DNA of 46,279 bases from a virus (lineage: Duplodnaviria > Caudoviricetes), in the IMG/VR virus record IMGVR_UViG_3300020045_005726, positions 1 through 46,279 of that record; one strand, written 5' to 3'. This document shows positions 35,143 through 44,343 of the stretch, piece by piece. How positions within the stretch are numbered: the first letter of the stretch is position 1; the number at the start of each line of letters is the position of its first letter. The notes under the pieces were generated by a model. It saw only the letters and a list, made by a program, of their open reading frames with translations, did no database searches and was not told the DNA's origin. The position numbers were made by a program, and so were the translations under genes.

Positions 35143-36754
35143 GCGTGGTTAGAGCCTTGGCTGCCAAAGGCTCAAGGAAGGTGCTTTGCTGAGGTTTTGA
35201 TATAGCTCCGCCTCCCGATCCGCCACCGCCATAAACAATCTTCGGCTCTATCGTTACAGGCTCTTGCGCTGGCGCTTCCGGCTCTGCCTGCTTAGCTGCC
35301 TGCTGCTGGTTAAATTCCTCAGCTGCAACCCGGTCGGATTCTTGCTTATCAAGCACAGCCTGTGCCGCGTCATCCGCCTCCTTCTGCTTGCGGATTTTTT
35401 CATTAGCCAGTACCTCAGCCGCATCGTCAATGCGCTTTTTCTCGGCTGCATCATGATCGGCTATGCGCTGCTTGCAAATTGCCTCCAGCGCCTCGCTATC
35501 CTTGACCACAAGCTGCTGCTTATCGGCGAATAGAAATAAATGCTTTTCGCCAATAGTGTTAATGATGGCAATATTCTTTTCCAGAATTGCAGTCAATCTA
35601 TCGCATTCAATTTTTTCATTTGCAATTGCCGTATTAAGATCGGACCGCATATTATCAAATGAGCTTTTACCCTTAATTACCAAGCTAAAATCAGGCATGG
35701 CATAGGGGTATTTTATTGGCGATAGCTTTGCATCAATAAGCTGCACATGGGATGCCAGCGCATTTTTTGCAGTAAGAACCAGTTCGGCTTTAAGTGATGT
35801 ATTTCTGGTGTCAATTTGATTTTTTTCGGTAGTGCGCGCCTTTTTAATAAATTCCTTAATTGAATTAAGGTCTTTTACAAAGGTATCGGCGTCGCCCATT
35901 TCGCCCATTACGCGCGCGACAAGGCTATCAATATTTGACTCGGCAGTCGTATAGCTTTTGATCCTAGTCTTTGCGTTTTCAAAATCCTGATCCGTAGTTA
36001 GCGGTATCTTTGATTTTTCCACTAACTCCATTGCCTTGGATTTAAATTCTGCAAGGTTGCTGGTGATTGAAATTCCTTTATCGAAAGTAAGGTCATAGAT
36101 AATTTCAGGCAATGACATAACCGGTTCGGCTATTGGCTTTGGCGCCTCCGGCTCGGTTTGCGCATAGCTATCCAGGTCGATAGAAAATTGTTTCCAGCCG
36201 CTAATAATTCTATCGCGTAAAGCGGTATCAGATTCATACCAAAGCGTTACCGGCTGCTCGCTTGAATCGGTGCCGAGCGATCCACGAAACAACCCTTTAA
36301 TCGCGCCTGAGCAAATCAATTGCTGTTCAAGTTGGATTCGATAAACCAAAGGAATTTCACCAGATGCACCAGCAGCGCGGATAGCCTTATTCAGCGTCTT
36401 GTGTTCGTAGATTATTTCCTCATCCATTGTCCAGCCATCGAGAGAGGCGGACAAGCGCAAGCCATCAAATTCAACCGACACCGTTGCAGGGAATAATTCT
36501 TGCCCAATCACTTCCTCGGCAAGCGGTCTATCCTGCTGCTCGTATCGGTGCCCGGCGTCGAATAGCTCTTGGGTGCGAGCATCAACATCAGGACGCAAAC
36601 CGGTAGCCATTTCGCGGAGCAATTCATCGCGGCTTTTGTATGGGCTTTCTCCCAGCATTGCCGGTGCATCACTGGCGTTAAATTGTTTTGGTATGGCGCG
36701 GTATGCGTGCCACTCTGGCGAGCCTTGTACTAGGTTATGGATTTCACGCTTCAT
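35024..36754 (-). CDS. YqaJ-like viral recombination exonuclease with long C-terminal extension
   Basis: 'QGSPEW..YR', 'ASDAPAMLG.SPYKSR', 'GH..E', 'ASLDG', 'EHK', 'Y..Q..QQL'. Confidence 0.9.
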   Translation of the reverse strand: MKREIHNLVQGSPEWHAYRAIPKQFNASDAPAMLGESPYKSRDELLREMATGLRPDVDARTQELFDAGHRYEQQDRPLAEEVIGQELFPATVSVEFDGLRLSASLDGWTMDEEIIYEHKTLNKAIRAAGASGEIPLVYRIQLEQQLICSGAIKGLFRGSLGTDSSEQPVTLWYESDTALRDRIISGWKQFSIDLDSYAQTEPEAPKPIAEPVMSLPEIIYDLTFDKGISITSNLAEFKSKAMELVEKSKIPLTTDQDFENAKTRIKSYTTAESNIDSLVARVMGEMGDADTFVKDLNSIKEFIKKARTTEKNQIDTRNTSLKAELVLTAKNALASHVQLIDAKLSPIKYPYAMPDFSLVIKGKSSFDNMRSDLNTAIANEKIECDRLTAILEKNIAIINTIGEKHLFLFADKQQLVVKDSEALEAICKQRIADHDAAEKKRIDDAAEVLANEKIRKQKEADDAAQAVLDKQESDRVAAEEFNQQQAAKQAEPEAPAQEPVTIEPKIVYGGGGSGGGAISKPQQSTFLEPLAAKALTTLEQVQRDFETVNGLAPALAAIITKSIFDGQHKCLQIKNA

Positions 36755-37637
36755 CGACTAATTCCCCTTCAATGGCAGGCTTAACCGCATTGATAGCATC
36801 AATTTGGCTTTGGCTTAATGTGTATTTAGAGCTGATTTTTGCAATTACCTGCTCTGGTGTGTTTTTGCCTGATTGAATTCCGTTTTTATAAGTCGGGAAA
36901 TTGGAATTAAATTTTGCATCTTCCATCGGCGGCAATGAATCCGGTTTTGCTGCATCCGCTGGTGATGGATTAATTACCTTTTCAGGCTGATCATCGTCCG
37001 CCAATTCATCGGCGGAATAAACGCCGAGAATCACATCAGGGCAGTTAAGTCTCGCCCATTTTTTTGTAGCAAGGTAGGCAATTTGCTGCTTAGGGTCTTC
37101 CGCCCAAAGTGTTGAATTGCGGGTTCTTACTTGGGTAAGCTTCAGGGTTAACTCGGTTGGCTCATCATCGCCGCGAAGTGTTGCCGTAACGGTAACACTA
37201 AGGCCAATTTCATCGTTAATATTCCAATTTGGCACGCGGAATTTAACGGGATTACCAGCGTCATCCTTTTTGGTTTTGCTTTCCAATTCCTTCATGTTGC
37301 CGAGAATCTTGTCCCAGTTTCCATCCCAGCGAAATTTTAGACGGCCTTTCGTTACGCCAGACGACTCAATAACCGCGTTAACAAGCTGCGCCTCATATCC
37401 CAAAACGCCATTGACTACATGGGTTTTTTGAGCCACTACAAACGGGTTCATTTGCCACTGCATGGCCTGCAATATAACGGCAAAGCAGTCGGCGGGATTA
37501 CCCTGGAAGTGCTTAGGCGTTTGAACCTTTCCGCTCGCCATGAGATTGGCAAGCCTGTCCATAGTCTCAAAAGACTGCGCCGAAAAAATCAGGTCACTGC
37601 CACGAACATGGCCGACCTCCTTAGATGTTTCGCTCAT
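36744..37637 (-). CDS. recT: RecT-family single-strand annealing protein
   Basis: 'P.HFQGNPADC.AV..QA.QW.MNPF.VAQKTH.VNG.LGYEAQLVNAV', 'RNS.LW..DPKQQ.AY'. Confidence 0.9.
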   Translation of the reverse strand: MSETSKEVGHVRGSDLIFSAQSFETMDRLANLMASGKVQTPKHFQGNPADCFAVILQAMQWQMNPFVVAQKTHVVNGVLGYEAQLVNAVIESSGVTKGRLKFRWDGNWDKILGNMKELESKTKKDDAGNPVKFRVPNWNINDEIGLSVTVTATLRGDDEPTELTLKLTQVRTRNSTLWAEDPKQQIAYLATKKWARLNCPDVILGVYSADELADDDQPEKVINPSPADAAKPDSLPPMEDAKFNSNFPTYKNGIQSGKNTPEQVIAKISSKYTLSQSQIDAINAVKPAIEGELVDEA

Positions 37638-37711
37638 ATGGTTTTGCTCCGTTTTCCGCTGCGAAATGGCAGCTATGCGATTGTATCGCTATGATAATGT
37701 TTTATCAATCA

Positions 37712-38341
37712 CTAAAGCCAAGATGGGCGGGTTATTTCATCCTGTTCGCGAATTGGCGCAACAAGCACAAACGCATCGCAGTGGGCGCTAACCATAAGCA
37801 GAGCCGAGCTCTCATTATTTTGAAAGCAGCGGACACCGTTCCATTTATTTCTTCCACCCTGAAATTCAGAGAAGAAATTGAAACCGCGCAATAGGTAATT
37901 CTGATTAATCATTGATGCGGCAATACCGGGCTTTAACTGTGTGAAATCAGGGAATACACGGCTTACGGTTGGGAAATTACCGTCAATGGTTGCGGCCTTA
38001 TAAAGCAATCCAGGAACGCTTTGAAGATCAATAAAATCAGCATCGCCAACGTAAAGAGAGCCATCAGCAAGGACGTTTGCTTTTCCCTTCTTTGGCAATT
38101 TTTTCACAACATCTGCGTGGATGATCGCACCCTCTTCGGTTGAGCGACCATTAGCGTCATAAATCACGCAAGCGGTATGCCCGTCTGACGCCTCGATAAC
38201 TACGCCATCATCATAGCCAGTAGCAGCGCGGCGCACGTTAACACCTTGAAGGTAATAGCGCACATCGCGAACGGCGGCGAATTTCACAGCCATATGCAAC
38301 AGGCGAGCATCAACGGTTAATTTTACTTGGGTTTCCTGCAT
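37712..38341 (-). CDS. DNA polymerase III beta-clamp-like protein (truncated DnaN-like)
   Basis: 'A..DVRYYLQGV', 'ASDGH', 'IDGNFP...RVFP'. Confidence 0.75.
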   Translation of the reverse strand: MQETQVKLTVDARLLHMAVKFAAVRDVRYYLQGVNVRRAATGYDDGVVIEASDGHTACVIYDANGRSTEEGAIIHADVVKKLPKKGKANVLADGSLYVGDADFIDLQSVPGLLYKAATIDGNFPTVSRVFPDFTQLKPGIAASMINQNYLLRGFNFFSEFQGGRNKWNGVRCFQNNESSALLMVSAHCDAFVLVAPIREQDEITRPSWL

Positions 38342-38364
38342 GGTTTTTTCTCCGGTTATTAAAT

Positions 38365-38562
38365 TTAATCAAGCTTGCGCTGTATCCGGTTAAGGATTTC
38401 GTTTTGCTTTGGGCTGAGCGTGTAATCGTCGCCGCGCTCGGCAATGTCGTTGATAAAATCCCACTCCCAGTCCGTTAGCTTGTCGGGCTGGTCGAGAGCG
38501 TCTTTAACGAATTTAATTTGAACGCGATTCACTTTTAGATTGCTCCAATTGTAATTGCTCAA
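38365..38562 (-). CDS. hypothetical protein
   Basis: 'LTDWE.DFI.DI......LSPKQ..IL.RI', a common phage motif. Confidence 0.7.
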   Translation of the reverse strand: MSNYNWSNLKVNRVQIKFVKDALDQPDKLTDWEWDFINDIAERGDDYTLSPKQNEILNRIQRKLD

Positions 38563-38651
38563 GAGTCCTGCGCGCCTGCTTGCGCGTAGCCTCCACCGCT
38601 TCGAGATTGCCCGCTATCGCAACAAATAGGCCGTTGGTGTAGGGGATGGTT

Positions 38652-38927
38652 TTAATTGCTTTCATCGACCTTGGGCTCCTTGTGATCTTCCAAAAACGCA
38701 ACGCCAAGAGCTGTAAGGCGCTTTACCTCGCCGAACTTAGCATCAACTAAAAAACCACCGGTAGTAACAATGCCGTAAGCGGTATGTCCAGACCAATAGC
38801 CGTTAACCTGATTGCGCAAAGTCTTGGCAATTACATCGCGCTTTGCTTCGGTGGAGTTATTGATATCTTCACCAAAGTTAGTGCCCGCAAAAAGGTGCTC
38901 GATGTATTCGTCGGTTACTACGTTCAT
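38652..38927 (-). CDS. hypothetical protein
   Basis: 91 aa in operon. Confidence 0.7.
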   Translation of the reverse strand: MNVVTDEYIEHLFAGTNFGEDINNSTEAKRDVIAKTLRNQVNGYWSGHTAYGIVTTGGFLVDAKFGEVKRLTALGVAFLEDHKEPKVDESN

Positions 38928-38930
38928 AAA

Positions 38931-39260
38931 TCACCCTGCAATACAGTTAACTTTAAGCGCTAATTGATTGCGCGATAAATAAGCAACCATTTGGCCAAGT
39001 TCATATTTTTGAATCGAGGTCATATCATTTCTTTTGCCAAGCTCTTGCGACAAATGAAATATTGATTTTTTCAAATACTCATCAGTGTAATAAGCGCTGA
39101 ATTCGTATTGATTGTATGGCGTAATCTTTGCGCACTCTGGCATCTTGTGGTTCCAGATCATGCGCAAAGTATGGAACAGATGGCGCGTCTTCATTTTTGA
39201 CGGGTAAATAAATTCCCCTCCTTTCTGGCGCCATTTGAACGCCTGCACAACTTGGTTCAC
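38931..39260 (-). CDS. hypothetical protein
   Basis: 109 aa; 4-nt overlap with the upstream gene. Confidence 0.7.
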   Translation of the reverse strand: MNQVVQAFKWRQKGGEFIYPSKMKTRHLFHTLRMIWNHKMPECAKITPYNQYEFSAYYTDEYLKKSIFHLSQELGKRNDMTSIQKYELGQMVAYLSRNQLALKVNCIAG

Positions 39261-39607
39261 AGAATAAACCCCAGCTCTTCCGATTCACCATCGAACAGAT
39301 ATTCACAAACCTGCCATTGGGCGCAGCGGATGGTTAAATCGCGGATTGATGACGGATCATTTTCGTTTGCGCGATGCATGGCAGCCGAAAATAGGGCGTG
39401 ATTAATTACAAGGTTAAGCACATCGTCAAACGTTAGCGTGTGATCGCCCTTGCGGATGCGCACCGGCTTTCCATCGATCAGCTTTTTGGCACAGGTCATG
39501 ACCTCTGTGCGCTTCTCGAATTTCTCTTTAAGGTAGCGGCGCTCTTCTACCGGCGTCACGCTATTATGCGCAACCTCGGCGGCGGTATTGCTGCATGGTT
39601 CGCTCAT
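39257..39607 (-). CDS. hypothetical protein
   Basis: ACGGAGAAAACC leader; 116 aa. Confidence 0.75.
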   Translation of the reverse strand: MSEPCSNTAAEVAHNSVTPVEERRYLKEKFEKRTEVMTCAKKLIDGKPVRIRKGDHTLTFDDVLNLVINHALFSAAMHRANENDPSSIRDLTIRCAQWQVCEYLFDGESEELGFIL

Positions 39608-39651
39608 GGTTTTCTCCGTTAATTTTTATTGGTTAAGCCGCGATTAGGCGG

Positions 39652-39837
39652 CTATTCAATTTCTTCGACAAAAAAGTCTTTCCCGCCTTGAGCATTGGGG
39701 CATATATCAACAACATTCATATCCTTTCCGCAAGAATTGAAATAATTATCAATTCCGCTGCGCGTGTCCGATGCCGCAATAACCTCTCTTGTGGCAAATG
39801 AGAAAATACGAAACTTGCTTAAATGTTTGTGGTGCAT
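39652..39837 (-). CDS. hypothetical protein
   Basis: GGGGA RBS; first gene after promoter copy 3. Confidence 0.6.
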   Translation of the reverse strand: MHHKHLSKFRIFSFATREVIAASDTRSGIDNYFNSCGKDMNVVDICPNAQGGKDFFVEEIE

Positions 39838-39880
39838 CTCAATCCCCTAATTTCCAGAAGCCCCGCGCTTCCATGAATCA

Positions 39881-39922
39881 AAGATAACACAAGATAAAAC
39901 TTTATCAAGCAAAGTTTATCAA
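39881..39922 (-). promoter_or_regulatory. early promoter/operator copy 3
   Basis: Minus strand TTGATA-AAGTTTTATCTTGTGT-TATCTT. Confidence 0.7.
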
Positions 39923-39927
39923 ATAAT

Positions 39928-40410
39928 TCAAAATTCTTGAAAATCCCAGCCGCCGCCCTTGCGCTTTGATGCCTTTATCATCTTGAAAACCGGCAGCGCT
40001 TCGGCGCATAGCTTTATTTTCATTTGGCCTTTGTCGCTGGTGTAGCCGCCCTTGGTCTCGTATATGGCCAGCTCACCGGTTGCCAGCAACACCAGGAAAT
40101 CAATTTCATAAAATGTATTCTTGGCCAGCCGTACGTTTGCCGGGTGAAACTTCCACCAAAGCACGGCGCCAGCGGCTTGGCGTTCGGATAGGTAGGCGGC
40201 AAAGGCGGCTTCGGTCTTGTTCATATCGCCTTTCGGCAATCGCCCCAAAGCCTGCCAGCGCTTTACGCCATCCAGAATGGCCTTGGCGCCTTCTTTGGGG
40301 GTGTGGGTGCTACCAGTGCCAGCGGAGCCGGTAGATTTTGCAGCCTGCGCAAGCTGGCGCTGTTTGGCAGCGCGTTCGGCCACAGCTTCCTCTGTCATTC
40401 TCGGTCGCAT
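39928..40410 (-). CDS. PD-(D/E)xK nuclease (DUF1064-like)
   Basis: 'MNKTE..FA.YL', 'RLA..TFY.IDF.V', 'YETKG'. Confidence 0.75.
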   Translation of the reverse strand: MRPRMTEEAVAERAAKQRQLAQAAKSTGSAGTGSTHTPKEGAKAILDGVKRWQALGRLPKGDMNKTEAAFAAYLSERQAAGAVLWWKFHPANVRLAKNTFYEIDFLVLLATGELAIYETKGGYTSDKGQMKIKLCAEALPVFKMIKASKRKGGGWDFQEF

Positions 40411-40589
40411 TTTGAAACCCTCACCCCAGTTAAAACCCGGTCATGCAGCACCATGGAGGCAATGCGCATCCTGATAGCCATGCGCGGCGATCTGGTGCGC
40501 CAGCGCATATACAGCTCATGGCAAGTTATGGTAATCGCCAAAGCATCCTCTGGCGGAAGCGGTAGGCCTATAGTTCGCTTGAATCTCAT
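40395..40589 (-). CDS. hypothetical protein
   Basis: 64 aa; 4-nt overlap with the upstream gene. Confidence 0.5.
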   Translation of the reverse strand: MRFKRTIGLPLPPEDALAITITCHELYMRWRTRSPRMAIRMRIASMVLHDRVLTGVRVSKCDRE

Positions 40590-41038
40590 ATTGATTTAAC
40601 CGTAGCTGTGAATTTGGTGTGTAGGTAGAATTTCTTGTTCTTGTGATCGCCCGGCACCGCTGCGAATTCCATATTTTTGGCCATGTAAAACGCATCGCGA
40701 ACATTGCGGAACTTCTCGCCCATCGGGTAAATAATTCCGCGATAGTTAAACCGGTGAAATTCGCTATGCTCTTTCTCGACGTTTTCGCGGTTCGGCATGC
40801 GGTAAATATTTTCTATTTCTACGAACCAGTTAAACGATAGGCTGGCGAACTGCGATACATCGGCCAATCCATGGCGGCGCAATAACAAATCAGCATTGGC
40901 ATTTGTCTTGGTATCGAAATAGTAATTGATCAGCATATCGTCAGACATGCTTAAAGGCTCGGCATCTCTCCACGTAACGACCGACCCTATGAGAAATTTT
41001 TTAATTCTTGGCGGAAGGTTTAGAGCGCGCATGTTCAA
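40586..41038 (-). CDS. hypothetical protein
   Basis: 150 aa; GGAGG RBS; coupled to the MTase. Confidence 0.7.
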   Translation of the reverse strand: MNMRALNLPPRIKKFLIGSVVTWRDAEPLSMSDDMLINYYFDTKTNANADLLLRRHGLADVSQFASLSFNWFVEIENIYRMPNRENVEKEHSEFHRFNYRGIIYPMGEKFRNVRDAFYMAKNMEFAAVPGDHKNKKFYLHTKFTATVKSI

Positions 41039-41769
41039 AATAGCGCCTCCTGTGCGGTGCGTAGAATTACATTCTCGACTGCAGCATCAAACATATTCGG
41101 ATCAAGCTCGGTACCACAGAACTCAGCAAAACCAAAATAGTGCGCGGCTATGGCTGATGATGCGCTGCCGGAGTGTGAATCAAACACCCGGTAATCTTTC
41201 CGGCCGTAATTCAAATATATCCAGTCATACAGTGCTTTTGGCTTTTGTGTGGGGTGAATTCGCTTCTCATTCTTGCGAACATCGCCGCCCATGCTTCCCT
41301 GATGCATGCCATTCAATGTGTATTTGAATATTACGGCCGGAACTTGGAAGCTAGTCCAAGCAAGCTCATAATCATTGAATGAGCTGGCGCCGTTGTCCTT
41401 ATCCCAAACTATCCAGCCAGGATTATTATCCATCCATTCGTAAATCTCATCGCCGCGCGGAGTCTTGAACGGTTCGCCGATGAAATCGTAATAATTTGCG
41501 CCCCAGATAATTTGGTTTTCAGTGATGCGTTTTAATTCTTGAAAGTAATGCTCATCTGGTACCGACCATATAGGAAGGCTGTCGTAATGTTTTGAGCGTT
41601 TAACCCCGAGACTCGAATAACCCTTTCCATAGTAACCGGACTTATTTGGTCCGTTAAAATATGGCGGATCAACCACGCCAAGATTAAATTTTTTATCCGG
41701 TACCTTGCTCATAAATTCCATACAGTCGCATTGGAGCAAGGTTATATTTCCTTGTTTAAATTCTTTCAT
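41035..41769 (-). CDS. N6/N4 DNA methyltransferase (beta class)
   Basis: 'VDPPY', 'IIWGANY', 'IHPTQKP..LY', 'FDSHSGSASS'; start reassigned to ATG 41769. Confidence 0.9.
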   Translation of the reverse strand: MKEFKQGNITLLQCDCMEFMSKVPDKKFNLGVVDPPYFNGPNKSGYYGKGYSSLGVKRSKHYDSLPIWSVPDEHYFQELKRITENQIIWGANYYDFIGEPFKTPRGDEIYEWMDNNPGWIVWDKDNGASSFNDYELAWTSFQVPAVIFKYTLNGMHQGSMGGDVRKNEKRIHPTQKPKALYDWIYLNYGRKDYRVFDSHSGSASSAIAAHYFGFAEFCGTELDPNMFDAAVENVILRTAQEALF

Positions 41770-41773
41770 GGTT

Positions 41774-42121
41774 TTATTTCCCGTAACTTGCAATAGCTTG
41801 AATAATTTCTAAGGGTATTTCTACAGGGTAAATTTCTACATGTTTTAACCATAGTTCGGATTGACTTCCGTATAGGCTTTCAAATTCCGATTTGCGATTA
41901 TGGAATAACCAATGCTCTTGCGTGGTTAGCGGAATGCAAAACCAGTGACCGATATGCACCCGCTTTACGCCGACATAGGTTTTAGTGCTTGACCCGACAC
42001 AATGATGAACCTCTACGCCGTAAGCTCCAGATACAATGCTGGGCTGCTCTTTGCTCCACGATAGGAATTCTCGCTCGGATATATTTATATTTCTGCTTTG
42101 CGGTGATGATTTCTTTTGCAT
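41774..42121 (-). CDS. His/Cys-motif nuclease-like protein (Ref/DUF968-like)
   Basis: 'EVHH...', 'H...IPL...H....H....FE..YG.Q.EL'. Confidence 0.55.
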   Translation of the reverse strand: MQKKSSPQSRNINISEREFLSWSKEQPSIVSGAYGVEVHHCVGSSTKTYVGVKRVHIGHWFCIPLTTQEHWLFHNRKSEFESLYGSQSELWLKHVEIYPVEIPLEIIQAIASYGK

Positions 42122-42624
42122 TATTGTTGCGCCTCACGATAATTTTGATAACACTCTAAAGCCTTCTCTGACCACTTAACGCCAGCCGCCGAACCAGTCG
42201 CATAAAGGAATTCAATAAAATCCCCGGTATCGCGCTTGCTCCACTCGGTGGTGCTTGGCCTAATGCTTATCTGCTGCCCAGTGATTGGGCAAAGGAAATT
42301 GCGTGGCGGCTTTGCCAATGGCTCACCAGCGATGGCGCGCTCATTCGCAAACCAAATCACCAGCAAGGCCTTGCACTGCTCAATATCGTAATCCGCCATC
42401 ACGATACGGCGGCCAGGGATAGCGATTACAGCCTGCTCGTGAATATCCCCTATCATCGCGTGGATCTTCTTGTTCTGATCGCTGTTGCGAACTGGCGCAG
42501 GCCTTCCCACGCTAATCTCAACCGGCCCAGCCTCCAAGCCTTTGCAGATCATACCGTCAAGCCAGTTAAGGGCTTTGTTAACCTGGGCCAATTCGTGGAC
42601 TTGTTTAACGATTTTATCGGTCAT
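42121..42624 (-). CDS. NinB-like recombination protein
   Basis: 'R..DQN.KIHAMIGDI..Q', 'ST...SK.....FIEFLYA.G...GV.WS'. Confidence 0.75.
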   Translation of the reverse strand: MTDKIVKQVHELAQVNKALNWLDGMICKGLEAGPVEISVGRPAPVRNSDQNKKIHAMIGDIHEQAVIAIPGRRIVMADYDIEQCKALLVIWFANERAIAGEPLAKPPRNFLCPITGQQISIRPSTTEWSKRDTGDFIEFLYATGSAAGVKWSEKALECYQNYREAQQ

Positions 42625-43600
42625 GGATTGACTCTAAGTAACTTTCGATGAAGATTTGCGCTTGGTAAGCATTGATCGCGTTTCCGTAGGCGCGCAATCG
42701 TCCCACTCGATTGGCAACCCCATTAGCCAGCGGGAATGCGCCGGATTCAACTGGCCGCCATTTTCCATCCCTGCAGTGGAGCCAATCAGCAGTTGACCAG
42801 AGGCCGTTAACCGGGCCGGGCAATAATTCAGGTCGATCGATTCGTAAGGCGGTGCTGATGCTATTAGGTAGGGCGCATCCTTCAGGTCCTGCCGCCAGCT
42901 CCCGTCCTGCATCGGGTCGCGGTTGCCGTCCTTCTTGAATCTCGGCGCTCTCACGCCCGCACCCGCATCGAATGCCTGCGGAGTCGGCCATCCGCACACG
43001 CCCACCATCATGCTCAATTCCACCGATTTTCCTATTCTCGCTCTTCGCTGAATAGCTGGACTGTCCCAGCTCCCCCTGTCCCGGTTGTCCGCTGCGCAAG
43101 GAGTGAGCCGCCCAATAAGACCTGTCTCTGATGTGCGGCGCACCGACGCTCGCAGACGGAAACGGGACACACCCGAAGGCGTAACCCATGGCTTCCAAGT
43201 CAGCGTGTACAAGGTCGATCCAAGCATCTGCGTCTTTGCTTGCAACCTGCTCTCCAAGGACTTCTGAAGGCTTGCACTGCTGGATGAGCCATTGGAAGTG
43301 AGGCCATAGGTGCCGCTCATCATCAAACCCATTTCCTTTGCCTGCCGAGCTGAAAGGCTGGCATGGGCAGCTTCCGGTCCATACGGGTTTATCGTCTGGC
43401 CAACCGGCTTGGCGGAGTGCATAGCTCCATACTCCGACTCCTGCGAAAAAGTGGCACTGGGTATATCCCAAAAGCTCATCTGGACTAACATCAACTATGC
43501 TCCGTTCGTCAACAATGCCAGGTGCTATGTGCCCAGCTTCGATTAGGTTTCTTATCCACTGCGCGGCGTATGGATCAATCTCGTTGTAGTAGGCTGTCAT
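42614..43600 (-). CDS. C5 cytosine DNA methyltransferase (main frame)
   Basis: 'HFFAGVG.W', '[11 protein letters not shown]', 'EQV', 'PHIRDR', C-terminal 'RLRAYGNAI'. Confidence 0.9.
   Translation of the reverse strand: MTAYYNEIDPYAAQWIRNLIEAGHIAPGIVDERSIVDVSPDELLGYTQCHFFAGVGVWSYALRQAGWPDDKPVWTGSCPCQPFSSAGKGNGFDDERHLWPHFQWLIQQCKPSEVLGEQVASKDADAWIDLVHADLEAMGYAFGCVPFPSASVGAPHIRDRSYWAAHSLRSGQPGQGELGQSSYSAKSENRKIGGIEHDGGRVRMADSAGIRCGCGRESAEIQEGRQPRPDAGRELAAGPEGCALPNSISTALRIDRPELLPGPVNGLWSTADWLHCRDGKWRPVESGAFPLANGVANRVGRLRAYGNAINAYQAQIFIESYLESIHDR
42634..43494 (-). CDS. overlapping alternative-frame partner of the C5 MTase (carries motif IX)
   Basis: 286-codon open frame on the same strand with 'WPTP' and '[17 protein letters not shown]'; true start uncertain. 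Confidence 0.7.
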   Translation of the reverse strand: MMLVQMSFWDIPSATFSQESEYGAMHSAKPVGQTINPYGPEAAHASLSARQAKEMGLMMSGTYGLTSNGSSSSASLQKSLESRLQAKTQMLGSTLYTLTWKPWVTPSGVSRFRLRASVRRTSETGLIGRLTPCAADNRDRGSWDSPAIQRRARIGKSVELSMMVGVCGWPTPQAFDAGAGVRAPRFKKDGNRDPMQDGSWRQDLKDAPYLIASAPPYESIDLNYCPARLTASGQLLIGSTAGMENGGQLNPAHSRWLMGLPIEWDDCAPTETRSMLTKRKSSSKVT

Positions 43601-44343
43601 TGAGATTTAATCCTCTCCAATTTTTCCAAGTCTTTAATATCGGCGGCGGTTAGCGGTTTAGGCTCTGGCGTGTCGCTAACCATTGCCAGTACGCGCAAGC
43701 GTTCAATCTCTGCCTGCTCTGCACTCACTGGCGTTTCAATTTCTTCAAGTAACGCAAATGGCCTCTTTGGCTCATAAACCGGCGATCCAGAATTTAACTG
43801 CTCAACCGTTGCCATGTATGCGAATTTAAAAATCTCTACCTGCTTGTCCAGCTTTAGCGTTTTGAACTGGTAAAAATCCATATTGCAATGAATCGTGTGA
43901 TAAACCGCTGGGCTAAGCTGCTCAACCTTGGACCGCCCAATCAGGTACTGGTGAAGCTCTCCGTATGCAGCCGCTGGAGTTGGTAGCGCTAACCCGCTAT
44001 TCAGGCACAGTGCACGAAATTCTGGCGCCGCTGGAGGCCATGAGCGTCCAGACTTGCGCACTGCCTCAATGCCATCGGCGACCTGCTTTCTGGTTAGGCC
44101 CCTGAGGGTTTCCGCCCATTGGCCGCTCTGGTCGATTTTCTCGCCAAAGCTGCGAACCCATGTATCACCGAACAGGGCTATCATCACCCCCCACAATTCG
44201 TAAATTATCTTGGCTGACTTCATCGCATCGCGATCCCGCTGGGCGCCCTCCTGCGAAGTTCTCGAATTGGTTTCCTGATTGGTGGTTTTGCATGAATCGC
44301 TCGATAGCAGATTTGGGTTGTTGTGCATTGCTTTGCGCTCCAA
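43597..44343 (-). CDS. replication protein P-like
   Basis: 'W...L.GLT..Q...G........WPP.APEFR.LC'; follows the initiator; true start probably ATG 44223. Confidence 0.7.
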   Translation of the reverse strand: MERKAMHNNPNLLSSDSCKTTNQETNSRTSQEGAQRDRDAMKSAKIIYELWGVMIALFGDTWVRSFGEKIDQSGQWAETLRGLTRKQVADGIEAVRKSGRSWPPAAPEFRALCLNSGLALPTPAAAYGELHQYLIGRSKVEQLSPAVYHTIHCNMDFYQFKTLKLDKQVEIFKFAYMATVEQLNSGSPVYEPKRPFALLEEIETPVSAEQAEIERLRVLAMVSDTPEPKPLTAADIKDLEKLERIKSQ

